A DNA stretch of 64,000 nucleotides from Candidatus Latescibacterota bacterium (GCA_965237675.1 OZ250150.1:4768001-4832000), one strand, 5' to 3'. Numbered from the stretch's first letter, positions 30,775 through 41,359 are shown. The notes: generated by a model from the sequence alone, not told the origin. A program made the numbers and translations.

Positions 30775-31692
30775 ATGTTTCCCGAAGACATGAAAGATCA
30801 ACTCAAAAACACACATGCCTTTGTTGTCACCCCCTTCGAGAAGGGTAACCTCCGGCGACTCGACGAGAACGCCCTGGAACGAAACCTCGGCTTTCTCATT
30901 GAGAACGGCGTGAAGGTGCTGAGCATCGGCGGAGGTACCGGAGAGGTCAACGCCCTCTCCAATTCCGAACTTGAAACGCTATCCCGAACCGCATTCGACA
31001 TTGCGGGTTCCGGTCCGCTGGTCATTCCCACCCTGCCGGAGAATCTCGGAGCCGCCCTGGAACTTGCGCCCGCTTACGAACGGATGGGTGCCCGCGTCGC
31101 CCTGGGAATGGCGCCGTATATTCGCAACGAAGTACCGGACAACCTCGAGGGTGTTCTCAACCATTATCGGGTCCTGGCAGGCGCGTCTGGTCTGGCATTG
31201 ATGCCCTATAACACACAGGCCTGGCCCGCCGCGTTCTTTCTCCGGCTCGCGGAGGTCGACGGCATCATCGGAATCAAGGATCCGTGCCGGGTGCCGCACA
31301 ATCTGTTCGCCGCCATTCAGACCCTTGGCAACCGATTTGTCTGGATCGGCAACAAACGCCACGATCCGGGTGTGCTCCACCTGCGCTTTCAGATGGGCAT
31401 TGACGGTTTCTCCGCCGGCTTCGTCAACTTCGCACCGAAATACGAACTCGAACTCTTTGACCTCGCCCGCGAGAAAAACTGGGAGGCCATGGTCCACATC
31501 CAGCGCCAGCTTGTCCCCCTGGAAAGGCTGAGAGCCAAATACGGGGACGTCGCGATGATCAAAGCCGGCATGGACCTTGTCGGACTGCCGGGCGGACCCG
31601 TTCGCCCGCCTCGTGTAGACGTTTCCGTCGAGGGGCGCGCGGATATCCACGCCGCCTTCAAGAAACTCGGCATCGAAACGATCCGGGTATAG
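30775..31692 (+). CDS. DHDPS/NAL-family aldolase or dehydratase
   Basis: VTPF, GGGTGE, PYN, GIKD (Schiff-base Lys), GGPVRPP. Confidence 0.88.
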   Translation: MFPEDMKDQLKNTHAFVVTPFEKGNLRRLDENALERNLGFLIENGVKVLSIGGGTGEVNALSNSELETLSRTAFDIAGSGPLVIPTLPENLGAALELAPAYERMGARVALGMAPYIRNEVPDNLEGVLNHYRVLAGASGLALMPYNTQAWPAAFFLRLAEVDGIIGIKDPCRVPHNLFAAIQTLGNRFVWIGNKRHDPGVLHLRFQMGIDGFSAGFVNFAPKYELELFDLAREKNWEAMVHIQRQLVPLERLRAKYGDVAMIKAGMDLVGLPGGPVRPPRVDVSVEGRADIHAAFKKLGIETIRV

Positions 31693-31738
31693 TCCGGAAG
31701 AAGCCGGCGCCGGGAAACCCATGACGCCCGTCAGCGCC

Positions 31739-32980
31739 TCAACTCCGTCCAAAACCGACCGGGGCGGCATTGAAGAATTGCTCGTCGCCGAAGAAAGGAA
31801 ACATACCGAACCCGGCCGCCAGGTCTCGTTGTTCCCACACGAGACCGGTTTCGCAATAGCTCAGTGAGCCGTGGGCGGGTGGCGAAAACTCCGGACGCCC
31901 CAGCAAGTCGCTCCGGAACCAGACGCTGCGGTGCCCGAAACACACGCCCTGCTCCAGGTTCTCCCGGACGAATTTGACCATATGCGGGAACGTCCCCTGA
32001 AACTCCGTACCCCGACCGTATTCGATATGGGGCTTCAGATTCGCCCCCGCGGCCTGCACGTCGCCCATTGACATGGGCACCCCGTTTCTGACGAACAACG
32101 CATCGGTGTTCGGATCCACGACCGCCCACGTGCCATACTCATCGAACCAGACCTCCGCCACAAAATGCCCGTTGAATCCGTTTACCGCATCGGTCAACAC
32201 CGAGCAACGGGCAGGAATACCCGCCGCCTGAGCGCAACTCACGAAGGCCGCCGCGTAGTGAACGCACATCGCCACGGGCCGTTTTCCGTTGTGTCCAACC
32301 TGTCCGGGCGCCCACGCAAGGAGCGTTTCCGCGTCCCACGGCGCATATTGCCCCGCTCTCAGGGAATTGGTATGCTCCCAACTGGACGCCAGCCATGCCG
32401 ACAACGCGCGCACCCGTTTCATCAGCGGCCCCTGGTCTCTCGCCGCGGGTGGCAGCAATCGCCTCAATGATGCCAACCTCGGCGAATCCGCAACCTCCCA
32501 CACCATGGCGGGAGGCGGGGGATCCTCCCCTTCGGCCAGGCGGACCCGAACAACGTATTCGCCCAGAACCGAATTGAGGTAACCCATCCGCTCGCTGCGC
32601 CAGGTCCTTCCACCGTCGTCGGTTACGCCGCTGTCGGGTGCGGCATGCCCCGCCTCCAACGCGAGCGACCAGCCAGCCATCGCCGTCCCGTCCGTCCACA
32701 GTTCAAAGGTGTTTTCTCCCTCTCTCAATTCCGCCACCGAAAATTCATACCAGGAATACGCTCCCGGGCGCGCGGGCTTCAGCGCGGCGATCTCAACGCC
32801 GTTCAGGGCCACGCGCAGCGGCGCTTCGTTTTCGGGATAGGGCCGGGCCAGTACATAGGCCTGCCCGGGCCCGTCTGTCGCGGGCAACGTGAGTGTTTTG
32901 CGCGCCCGCCTGAACGTCGTCAACTCCTCGCAAAGAGACGGCATGACCCGCCCCTCTTCGCTGTAGTACAATCGGCTCAT
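31739..32980 (-). CDS. Transglutaminase-like domain protein
   Basis: MCVHYA...GIPAR, GHFVAEVW, W.VVDP Cys-His-Asp triad pattern. Confidence 0.8.
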   Translation of the reverse strand: MSRLYYSEEGRVMPSLCEELTTFRRARKTLTLPATDGPGQAYVLARPYPENEAPLRVALNGVEIAALKPARPGAYSWYEFSVAELREGENTFELWTDGTAMAGWSLALEAGHAAPDSGVTDDGGRTWRSERMGYLNSVLGEYVVRVRLAEGEDPPPPAMVWEVADSPRLASLRRLLPPAARDQGPLMKRVRALSAWLASSWEHTNSLRAGQYAPWDAETLLAWAPGQVGHNGKRPVAMCVHYAAAFVSCAQAAGIPARCSVLTDAVNGFNGHFVAEVWFDEYGTWAVVDPNTDALFVRNGVPMSMGDVQAAGANLKPHIEYGRGTEFQGTFPHMVKFVRENLEQGVCFGHRSVWFRSDLLGRPEFSPPAHGSLSYCETGLVWEQRDLAAGFGMFPFFGDEQFFNAAPVGFGRS

Positions 32981-33093
32981 CCAAACCTCTCCTTACTGAT
33001 CACACGCAATTCTCGACAGGAAATCCGTTATGACCCATCCCGCACCACCACGCTCCCGCAAGAACTGCGACATTCTCAAGAACGCCGCATCTT

Positions 33094-33993
33094 TTAGCCG
33101 ATACACTCCGGCAGGGCCTGTTTCCAGTTCTCGTAGATGATGTTGTGGATCATTTCGTCCGGCACCGTCGGGAAATTCGTCCCCTTGACCACGTCGTTTA
33201 CCTTCCACAGGCCGGCAATCACCTGCGCTGCCGTGGCCGATGGAAAATCGGACCCGAAAATCAGTTTGTGCTCCACGCCATATTCGATGGCGGACATGAA
33301 GGCCTGATAGTGCCGCCGCGGCCGATAATGGAGCGCGGACACGTTGGTGTAGAGGTTCGGGTGCTTGCGAATCAGCACGACGCATTCATCCTCCCACGGA
33401 TGCCCCATGTGAGAAATGACGATGCGCAGATCAGGACACGCGATTGCAATATCCTCGAGCTGTATGGGATTGGCGTATTTCAGCGGTCCGAACCGGACGA
33501 ACGACGTACCCTGATGAATATTCAACGGAATACCCAGCGACTCCGCCTTTTTGAAAAACGGAAGGTGTCGGGGATCCTGGGGGTCCCAGTTCTGATAGAT
33601 CGGCGCCACCTTCAACCCGCGAAGCCCCAGATCCTCTACACAATATTCCAGCTGTTCGATACAATCCGCATCGTTCGGATTGACCGAACCCCACCCGAAG
33701 AACCGGCCCGAGTTTTTGTTCACGAATTCGGCCACCAGTTCCTGTGGCACGTCGATACCCACTTGCGGCGCCCGCAGGCCGAACACAATGACCCTGTCAC
33801 AATCGTCAGTGGCCGCCAGCAGTTGCTCGGGTGTGGCGTCGAACGCGTTCCGCTCGTCCTGCGCGTCGTCCGCATAATACACGTCGGTCGACAATCGCAT
33901 CTTTGCCTTCTTGGCGGCAAGCGCGGACTCGACGAATTCATCCGACAGATGGTCGGGATACCAGAGCAGATTGGTATGCGTGTCGAAAAGCAT
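33094..33993 (-). CDS. Amidohydrolase family (Amidohydro_2) metalloenzyme
   Basis: DTHTN, GLK, IHQG, ISHMGHPW, IFGSDFP. Confidence 0.9.
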   Translation of the reverse strand: MLFDTHTNLLWYPDHLSDEFVESALAAKKAKMRLSTDVYYADDAQDERNAFDATPEQLLAATDDCDRVIVFGLRAPQVGIDVPQELVAEFVNKNSGRFFGWGSVNPNDADCIEQLEYCVEDLGLRGLKVAPIYQNWDPQDPRHLPFFKKAESLGIPLNIHQGTSFVRFGPLKYANPIQLEDIAIACPDLRIVISHMGHPWEDECVVLIRKHPNLYTNVSALHYRPRRHYQAFMSAIEYGVEHKLIFGSDFPSATAAQVIAGLWKVNDVVKGTNFPTVPDEMIHNIIYENWKQALPECIG

Positions 33994-34037
33994 GGGGCGC
34001 TCCTCCCTCGGAAAAGACCGGCGCCGGCGAAAAATCG

Positions 34038-35624
34038 TTACGCCAGGAAACGCCTCAACACATTGCCCGTGAGCCGGGATAGTTCGTCGCTCACCAACAG
34101 GGAACTGATATACGTGATCGACCCCGCCGAGAAGACGGCGCCACCCCCGTCGGGCTCGTGAATGACCATATGGGCGCCCCCGTCGTTATCGTTGATCCCA
34201 CGGGCAAGCAGCTTGACGTTCCGAGGAGAGAACCTGGATGAGATCTTATCCGTTTCGTGTCCGGACGCGCCCCCCGGAATTCGCATGTGCAGATACTCCT
34301 GACCGAAGATATCCCCGTCGCCGAGGCCCGTGCCCTCGAATGCCCAGTGGCGGGCTTCCGCGACCCGATAAGGAGCCGCCGTCATAATGCCGGCATCGGT
34401 AAAAACCACTCCCAGCAAATTTGCCTCCGACTCGTGGCGCATATGCATGCGGCTTTCAAACCCTTCGTCCCGCTGCTGTCGTCGGTTTCCGTTCCGGACG
34501 ATCATCGTCTCCTCGTCCACGAACTCCACCTCGCAGTTCAGGCCGTTACCGCCCAGATACATCAACCTGCCGCCGCGGTTGAAAACCCAATCCTTCACGT
34601 CGTAGTACATTTTGCTGGACCAGTATTCGGGATGGGGCCCCAGAATCAGGACGTCGTAATCGTCCAGGTTCATCGCGCCAAAATGCAACTGGGTTTCCGA
34701 ATATAAATCGTACTCGAACCCCTCCCGCTCCAGCCACCCCAGAAGCCGCCACTCCGCCGGCGCGACGTGATTGGGCGCACGACCCTCAATGGGATCGGTC
34801 ACCTGCTCATCCTCCGGCACGACGTTAATCGGCTCGGGACGTTCGAAAGAAAGCGGCAGATATTCCTCCGCATCGTAATTGATATGCTCAGGATCGGTGT
34901 ATCGCTTCAATTCGAGCCGCGCGTTGATGGTGGGTGTGGGGGGCATCTTGTCAGGGTGGATATAATTGCTGCGCCCACCGAAGTTGTTATAGCAGTTCCA
35001 GTTGATGTCGGACGCCAGAACGGCCACCTTTGCGCTCGGTTCGGCAGGCGCCACGACCCACGGAAACGAGAAGAACAGACCGGAGTCCGTCTTGGCATGA
35101 AAATAGTAAAGCCCGGACCGCTCAGGCGCCGCGATAAGCTGCTTGTGACCGGGGCTGGTATATCCAAACTTGTTCCACTGTGCGCCCACCTGCGTATAAT
35201 CGCCGTCGGGCGTCAGTTGGACGGTGGCCCGCGGACCGTGCTCGTCGTACCATCCGATTGGCCTGATGAGTTCCTTTTCCCAGCCGTAACGCCATAACTC
35301 CAGCTTATACTCTTCGTGGGAATGCACGCGAAATTCGGAGCGATCGCCCGCCTTCACGCACTTGGGCCACACATAGCCCATGAGACAGTCCTTCAACAGA
35401 CGAAACTGATGGGGTTCGTCCGGCTTCACCTCCATATTGACGATTTTCGATCCATATCCATTCCGCGCCAGAATCACCTGATACCGACCCGGCGTCACCT
35501 CCGCATATACCGCACCCGATGCGGATGAACGTGCGAGCACAGCATTTCCCGTCGCGTCTCTGAACTCCAGAGCCACATCGGATAACGCAATGTAGCGCTC
35601 ATCACTCACGTAACCCGCCAGCAT
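34038..35624 (-). CDS. N,N-dimethylformamidase large-subunit-like protein
   Basis: W..YNNFGG.SNY, LGWLEREG.EYD, HPEYWS, MYLGGN, E..LLGV, SGHETD motifs. Confidence 0.75.
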   Translation of the reverse strand: MLAGYVSDERYIALSDVALEFRDATGNAVLARSSASGAVYAEVTPGRYQVILARNGYGSKIVNMEVKPDEPHQFRLLKDCLMGYVWPKCVKAGDRSEFRVHSHEEYKLELWRYGWEKELIRPIGWYDEHGPRATVQLTPDGDYTQVGAQWNKFGYTSPGHKQLIAAPERSGLYYFHAKTDSGLFFSFPWVVAPAEPSAKVAVLASDINWNCYNNFGGRSNYIHPDKMPPTPTINARLELKRYTDPEHINYDAEEYLPLSFERPEPINVVPEDEQVTDPIEGRAPNHVAPAEWRLLGWLEREGFEYDLYSETQLHFGAMNLDDYDVLILGPHPEYWSSKMYYDVKDWVFNRGGRLMYLGGNGLNCEVEFVDEETMIVRNGNRRQQRDEGFESRMHMRHESEANLLGVVFTDAGIMTAAPYRVAEARHWAFEGTGLGDGDIFGQEYLHMRIPGGASGHETDKISSRFSPRNVKLLARGINDNDGGAHMVIHEPDGGGAVFSAGSITYISSLLVSDELSRLTGNVLRRFLA

Positions 35625-35667
35625 ATCGCGCTCCCCTTTGTTGAACTTTGGCTTTGAGATCTGTTTG

Positions 35668-37101
35668 TCAATCGATGTGCCACCGACGCCCGCGAAGCCC
35701 TACTCCTGCGTACGCGGGCGGACGCGATGCGCGCCAATCCGTTGCCTGCTCGTATGCATAGGCCAGCCGCAGGATCGTCGCTTCGTCATACGGCTTGCCC
35801 GTCAGTTGCAACCCGACCGGAAGTCCTTGCGAAGTAAACCCGCACGGCACGGATACCGCGCACAGACCCAGCCAGTTTACAAGCCGGGTGAGCAAGCGTG
35901 TCGGTTCCCCGCGATCCAGATCACGCAGCCGCGGCGCGGGCTTCGACATCGTGGGACCCGCGACGGCCTCGACGTCGGACAACCTGACCGCCGTCGTCCG
36001 CATCATCTCGGCTCGTTTGCGCTGAATTTCAGCAAGATCGACGGCCAGCAATCCCGGCTCGACCTCCAGACGCGCTCGGACGATGGGTCCGAATGAATCC
36101 GGCGCATCTGTCAGCGCCTCGCGGTGGACAACAACCGCCTCAGTCCGCAGCAGCCTCAGGTTGTCTTCCTCTTTTTCGGCCTGCACCGCCTCCGGAAACG
36201 CCATCTCCCGCACGTCAAGGCCCAGTCCGGCCAGGACCTCGATCGCGTCCTCCACCAGCGAGACCACCTCGGAATCCGCCCCACTGAAGAACGGCTCACG
36301 GACCACCGCAAGCCGCAGGCCCCTGACATCCTTCTTCAAGAGGCTCATAACGTCGCCGACCGGCAAATCGAGGGCCGTGGAATCTTCGACGTCCGCACCG
36401 GCGATTGCCGCATACATCAGCGCGGCGTCCTCAACGCATCTGGCCATGGGCCCTATCGTGTCCAGTGTCCACGAAAGCGGCATCACACCCGCCGTACCGA
36501 TGCGACCGGTTGTGGGTTTAAGGCCGACGACGCCGCAGAATGCCGCGGGAATTCGTACCGACCCGCCTGTGTCCGTTCCGATCGCCGCTACAGCCAGGCC
36601 GGCCGCGACGGCCAGGCCGGATCCGCTGCTGGACCCGCCTGGAACCCGATCCGGATCCCACGGATTCGGAGGGGTTCCGAAATGAGGGTTGATTCCGAAC
36701 GGACCGAATGCGTATTCCACCAGATTCGTCTTGCCCAACAACACCGTGCCGGCGCGCGCCAGCCGCTTCGCCACCGTTGAGGAACGCGTTGGCACATAGT
36801 CCTTCCGCACCCCGGATCCCGACGTCGTTCGAATGCCCGCCGTATCGCACAGGTCCTTCAATGCTATCGGCACACCGTGCAGCGGCCCGAAGTCGTTTCC
36901 CGATCGGAACGCCAATTCCGCCGCCTGCGCGTCTGCCCGCGCGCGATCCGCCGTTACCGTAATGAAAGCATTCGTCTCGGGTTGATAATGATGGATTCGC
37001 TCCAGATACGCTTCCGTTACCGCCACGGGCGAAACCTGCCCGCTGCGGTAGAGCGCGGCGAGTTCCGTGGCCGATAAGAAATGAAACGCCTGATCCGTCA
37101 T
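35668..37101 (-). CDS. Amidase signature family enzyme
   Basis: PLHGVPIALKD, GKTNL.E, GGSSSGS, GTDTGGSVRIP. Confidence 0.93.
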   Translation of the reverse strand: MTDQAFHFLSATELAALYRSGQVSPVAVTEAYLERIHHYQPETNAFITVTADRARADAQAAELAFRSGNDFGPLHGVPIALKDLCDTAGIRTTSGSGVRKDYVPTRSSTVAKRLARAGTVLLGKTNLVEYAFGPFGINPHFGTPPNPWDPDRVPGGSSSGSGLAVAAGLAVAAIGTDTGGSVRIPAAFCGVVGLKPTTGRIGTAGVMPLSWTLDTIGPMARCVEDAALMYAAIAGADVEDSTALDLPVGDVMSLLKKDVRGLRLAVVREPFFSGADSEVVSLVEDAIEVLAGLGLDVREMAFPEAVQAEKEEDNLRLLRTEAVVVHREALTDAPDSFGPIVRARLEVEPGLLAVDLAEIQRKRAEMMRTTAVRLSDVEAVAGPTMSKPAPRLRDLDRGEPTRLLTRLVNWLGLCAVSVPCGFTSQGLPVGLQLTGKPYDEATILRLAYAYEQATDWRASRPPAYAGVGLRGRRWHID

Positions 37102-37166
37102 CGCCGGGTACTCATTGAATGGGCAGATTGCTGCGGTCGTTTCCACTCGTGAAGATCATCGCATAT

Positions 37167-37508
37167 CTATCCACAGCCCGGCCCCTTAACTTCCTGCCTC
37201 GCAAATTGCTCCGGCAGCAGGCCGTTTGCAAACCCGCCGGGATCTGCCCGATGTCCGTCGACGAGTTTCCCGATCTCTTCCAACACCCGCTCCCGGTCGT
37301 AGAGTCCGTACCGGTAGATGTCGATGGGTCCAATCAACCGCAGATAGAAATGGTTGTCCGCGTCGTGTTCCACCGCGCAGGCGCTGGGCTTCCGCGCAAT
37401 TTCCAGTTGATCTTCAAACGCGACCGCGAACGCCGCAAGCAGCGGCTCACCGTGCAGTTCGGCCGGGATCTCCGGGAACCGGCTCACCAGTTCCTGAACC
37501 GTCATCAT
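37167..37508 (-). CDS. Hypothetical protein
   Basis: GAGGAG RBS, 113 aa, same strand as neighbours. Confidence 0.7.
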   Translation of the reverse strand: MMTVQELVSRFPEIPAELHGEPLLAAFAVAFEDQLEIARKPSACAVEHDADNHFYLRLIGPIDIYRYGLYDRERVLEEIGKLVDGHRADPGGFANGLLPEQFARQEVKGPGCG

Positions 37509-37518
37509 TTTCCTCCTC

Positions 37519-37944
37519 TCACTGATCCGTCGCTTGTTCCCGTAACAATTCGTCGGGAATCCGTTTGCGCCCCTGATAGCCTTCCGTGGGACTGTGGTAA
37601 TACGTGACCCGGGGCTCATCGCTCCGCCAGCACAGAAGTACCTCCTCGCCGTTGATTACGCCGGGAAAATCCACCAGGCCGAGGGTGAAGTTCGGATCTT
37701 TGTACGAACACCCGATTCCCTCCAATTCCTCGAAGAATTCATTCAACGACGCAATCAGCTTCTTTATCTCGGCATCATCGGCCGCGGCCGGCCCCAGTTC
37801 CCCGGCAAGTTGACGCAACCGACGACCGGAAGCCTGGATGTCGGCAACAATTCGCTTCACCAGCGGCAATGTCTGGTTGGCCTCCAAGGGCGTAAAATAC
37901 CTGATTTCGTTCATTGGCGCCATCCCCGTGTCAAGAAGTTTCAC
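37519..37944 (-). CDS. DUF2203-like protein
   Basis: FT..EAN..LP, GLVDFP, V.LCWR.DE, YH...G..GRK. Confidence 0.8.
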   Translation of the reverse strand: MKLLDTGMAPMNEIRYFTPLEANQTLPLVKRIVADIQASGRRLRQLAGELGPAAADDAEIKKLIASLNEFFEELEGIGCSYKDPNFTLGLVDFPGVINGEEVLLCWRSDEPRVTYYHSPTEGYQGRKRIPDELLREQATDQ

Positions 37945-38998
37945 GCTTCACGCCGGTATTCACCGGGCTACGATCCGGGTTCCCAACAGCCCCGGACACG
38001 AAATCGTCCAGCCGTATCGGTGCGCCTCCTTCGGCGGCAGACGCATTGGCGCCCAACACCGCGGCCAGACTATTCAGCGCCTGGGTGTACCCGTTTCGGA
38101 GCCCGGAAGCGTCGCCTGAACGGATTGCATCCACAAATGCCCGCGCCTGATTGGCAAACGCATTGTCCCGGGCAGGCGCCTTGAAAACCGTTTCACCGTT
38201 TTCCACGACCCTTTCCGCCGACCACTCCAGAAGGGAATCGTCACAGACCACCAGCACCTCTCGTTTGGACGCATTCACATTTGTCAGCACGCGCGAGGTT
38301 GTGACACTGGCCACGCCGCCGCCGTCAAAACGATAGTTCACATCGTACACGTGAGGAAGATTGATGGGTTCGGGGCCCTCACCGGGCTCGCGATAAAAAT
38401 AAAACGCGGACACCGCAGCGATGTCCCCCAGGAAAAACCTGAGGAGATCCACCATATGAATCGTATTCTCGACAAACGACCCGCCGCACAGCTCGAACCG
38501 GCTCGTCCAGTAGCGAATGTGCCTGCCGCTGTAGAGCAGTTGTACAAGTGCGTGCCTCGCCCTCCGTTCCGCAATCTTATCCCGAAGGAACTCCGCCGTC
38601 GCGTAATAACGGCTCATAAAACCGACCTGAGACGGGACGCCCGACTTCCGGATCGCCTCGCTGAACCGAACGGCCTGGGCGATATCCAGAGTCTGGGGTT
38701 TCTCCACCAGAACCGCAATCCCTTTCTCCGCGGCGATCAACTCGGCATCCGTATGCAACGTGGGTGGAATGCATATGTAAACGCCGTCCAACGCCTCTTT
38801 CTCGAACATCTCGTGATGATCCGTATATACGGCATTTGCTCCGAACGCCCGTGCCTGCCGCGCGGCTGTTTCCTCGTCCATGTCGCAGAACGCCTGAAAC
38901 ACCACCAGACCCCTCTCCACGAGTTCGGCCAGCGGCGGAAGATGGGCATTTACGGTAATATGCCCCAGACCGATAAAACCCAGTCGCGCGGCGTTCAT
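37931..38998 (-). CDS. Gfo/Idh/MocA family oxidoreductase
   Basis: GFIGLGHI, VLVEKP, GG..VE..IH.VD. Confidence 0.9.
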   Translation of the reverse strand: MNAARLGFIGLGHITVNAHLPPLAELVERGLVVFQAFCDMDEETAARQARAFGANAVYTDHHEMFEKEALDGVYICIPPTLHTDAELIAAEKGIAVLVEKPQTLDIAQAVRFSEAIRKSGVPSQVGFMSRYYATAEFLRDKIAERRARHALVQLLYSGRHIRYWTSRFELCGGSFVENTIHMVDLLRFFLGDIAAVSAFYFYREPGEGPEPINLPHVYDVNYRFDGGGVASVTTSRVLTNVNASKREVLVVCDDSLLEWSAERVVENGETVFKAPARDNAFANQARAFVDAIRSGDASGLRNGYTQALNSLAAVLGANASAAEGGAPIRLDDFVSGAVGNPDRSPVNTGVKRETS

Positions 38999-38999
38999 T

Positions 39000-39896
39000 C
39001 TAAGCCTCCTCGATCTGCCGGACCCGGTCCGGTGAGAGGTACTCGCCGTCCGAAACCGATACACACGTTTCCAGTTCATCCGCGTCGGATGCCCCGCAAA
39101 GCAGCATCGTCACCCGCTGGTCCGAAAGCAGGTACCGAAGCGCCACTCTCACCAGACCCTGCGGTTCGTCCGTCAATAGCGCCTCCACACCGCGCAGCTT
39201 GGCGTGCAACTCGGGGAATCGTCCGTCCACGATAAACCGGTCGCGTTTGGACCCCAGCAGACCTCCGTGGAGGGGGGACGCGGCGATGACCGCCACATTC
39301 TCCTCTGCCGCTACGGGCACCAGCGCTTCCTTGGCTTCCTGCGTGAGCAGGTCGTACTTGCAGAACGTGATCACGGAAACAAACTCATCGGTCTCTTTCA
39401 GGATTTCGCCCATCAATGACAGATCCGACCCGGTCAATCCGATATGTTGCGCAAGCCCCTGTTCACGAATATCCACCAGCGTCTCCAGAGTGCGTTCCTT
39501 TCCGAAAATACCGTCCCATCCGGCCTGCTCCGATTCATGCACCTGAAGCAGATCCACCCGATCCCGCCGCAGTCGCTTCAAACTGGCCTCGAATCCACGC
39601 CAGATCGCGTCCCGTGTATAGTCGAACGGTTCCGGATAATAACCGACCTTGGTTGCCAGATAGTACGGTTCGGTTACGCCCTCCAGGGCAAGCCCCAACA
39701 CTTCTTCGCTTCGGCCCTTTCCGTAAAGAGGGGCCGTGTCGAAATAGTTAATGCCCAACTCGAGCGCCCGCTCAGCCATCTTCACTCCGTGGGCGTCGGG
39801 CAGCATACCCTCCTCCGGACGGCCGTAAAACCACGCACCGCCCATCCCCACCTCGCTGACCAGCCAGTCCGTCTTGCCGAAACGCCGGTATTGCAT
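39000..39896 (-). CDS. Aldo/keto reductase
   Basis: GINYFDTAPLYG.G.SE, LATKVG, SLKRL..D.VDLLQVH. Confidence 0.92.
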   Translation of the reverse strand: MQYRRFGKTDWLVSEVGMGGAWFYGRPEEGMLPDAHGVKMAERALELGINYFDTAPLYGKGRSEEVLGLALEGVTEPYYLATKVGYYPEPFDYTRDAIWRGFEASLKRLRRDRVDLLQVHESEQAGWDGIFGKERTLETLVDIREQGLAQHIGLTGSDLSLMGEILKETDEFVSVITFCKYDLLTQEAKEALVPVAAEENVAVIAASPLHGGLLGSKRDRFIVDGRFPELHAKLRGVEALLTDEPQGLVRVALRYLLSDQRVTMLLCGASDADELETCVSVSDGEYLSPDRVRQIEEA

Positions 39897-40093
39897 CCAG
39901 GTCCCGTCCTATTCGGATTCAACCTAACCAGGCCAAATTGCGATGGTATAATCGGACTCACCCGCCATTTTCTTTGCCGGCATCTTCGAATCACCCCGAT
40001 GAACCGTGTCGCCGAACCTATCCGGCATTCCGCGGCCGGAAGACCCGTTGCCGAAAACCGGAATCCATTAGGAGAATCCATCACGCGGCGCTC

Positions 40094-40783
40094 TCATCGA
40101 ACGTCGCGATAAAGGCGACTCAATCGTTTGTCCGAAACCGAGCAAAGGTGCAGGATACGTATCATCCACATCCAGACGACGGCCGGAACGATACCCCATC
40201 GCCGCCACCGGCGCGTGGAACTGCAGACCCTGCCTTGCAACAGTACGAAACGCCCCAGCTTCCGTACTGCTGCACAGAATTCCGAATCTTCGAAAAGCTC
40301 CAGTTCCGGAAACCCGGCCACCCGTTCAAAAGCGGATCGTCGGACGTATATCGCCTGATCTCCGTACGTGGTTCCAAGGTACCTGGATCGCATCGTGCTG
40401 AATGCGGCAATCGCCCGGAACATCCACGTATCTTCGGAAAGCCCCAGCCGGAATCTTCCACCAACCACACCCGAATCCTCGAGCGAGTCCAGAATCATCT
40501 CGATGCCGCCGTCAGGCAGAAACGTATCGGCATGCAGGAACAGCAACACCTCCCCTGAGGCCGACCTCGCCCCGCGATTCATCTGTACGGAACGGGCGGA
40601 TCTCGGCGACATCACCAGCCGTGCCATTCCGGTTGCCCTTATTCGCTCCTGCGTACCGTCGCGACTGCCGCCATCAACCACAATCACTTCAATATCCCGT
40701 TGTCCGCGGAACTGCTCGAGGCAACCGTCGATGGCTTCCGCTTCATTGACAACAGGAATAATCACACTGACTTGCAACGTCAT
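40094..40783 (-). CDS. GT2 glycosyltransferase (TIGR04283-like)
   Basis: VSVIIP, VVDGGS.D, QMN.GA, FLHADT, YGDQ, ED, S.RRW. Confidence 0.85.
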   Translation of the reverse strand: MTLQVSVIIPVVNEAEAIDGCLEQFRGQRDIEVIVVDGGSRDGTQERIRATGMARLVMSPRSARSVQMNRGARSASGEVLLFLHADTFLPDGGIEMILDSLEDSGVVGGRFRLGLSEDTWMFRAIAAFSTMRSRYLGTTYGDQAIYVRRSAFERVAGFPELELFEDSEFCAAVRKLGRFVLLQGRVCSSTRRWRRWGIVPAVVWMWMIRILHLCSVSDKRLSRLYRDVR

Positions 40784-40810
40784 CTCGTGGAAAGAAGAAT
40801 GCCTGCCGCG

Positions 40811-41359
40811 CTACGCGTTTTGCCTTAGAAATCTGAGCGCGTAACTTACCGACGAAACCACCAGGAGCACGGCCGAAAGGTACAGAAAAGGAACCTTCAG
40901 CGGCTGCGTATCCATCGCATAGGCAATCAGCAAGACACTCATCGCGCAGGTGGTCAGCTTGCCCCACATATTGGAAGAGTGCACGATACGGACCCGCGCC
41001 ACCAGGAAGACACCGGCCAGCACAATCGAAATATCCCGCCCCACAACCACCGCGACCACCCACCACGGCAACCCCTTTACAAGCGCCAGCATGATCGCTA
41101 TGGAAACGATCGCCACCTTGTCCGCAAGCGGGTCCAGTATCTTTCCCCAGCGGGTAACCGCCGCCCAGCGCCTCGCGAAGTATCCATCCAGAATATCGGT
41201 GATAATCATCACAATGACAACCGTGAACAAGTACCACCTGTATTCAGGCCCCAATCGGATCAACCAAAGTACTGGAACGGACAACGCGGCCCGGAGCAGA
41301 CTGAGGCCATTTGCAACCGTCCAGAATGGATCCTCCGAGTGATTTTCCGATGGCGTCAC
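40811..41359 (-). CDS. CDP-alcohol phosphatidyltransferase
   Basis: N.LS..R, TD.LDG.FARR....T.WG..LDP.ADK. Confidence 0.92.
   Translation of the reverse strand: MTPSENHSEDPFWTVANGLSLLRAALSVPVLWLIRLGPEYRWYLFTVVIVMIITDILDGYFARRWAAVTRWGKILDPLADKVAIVSIAIMLALVKGLPWWVVAVVVGRDISIVLAGVFLVARVRIVHSSNMWGKLTTCAMSVLLIAYAMDTQPLKVPFLYLSAVLLVVSSVSYALRFLRQNA

Noticed and set aside
40094-40783. Arsenosugar or selenium pathway locus suggested by the TIGR04283-like GT
   Set aside because: No partner radical SAM, methyltransferase or second transferase gene nearby.
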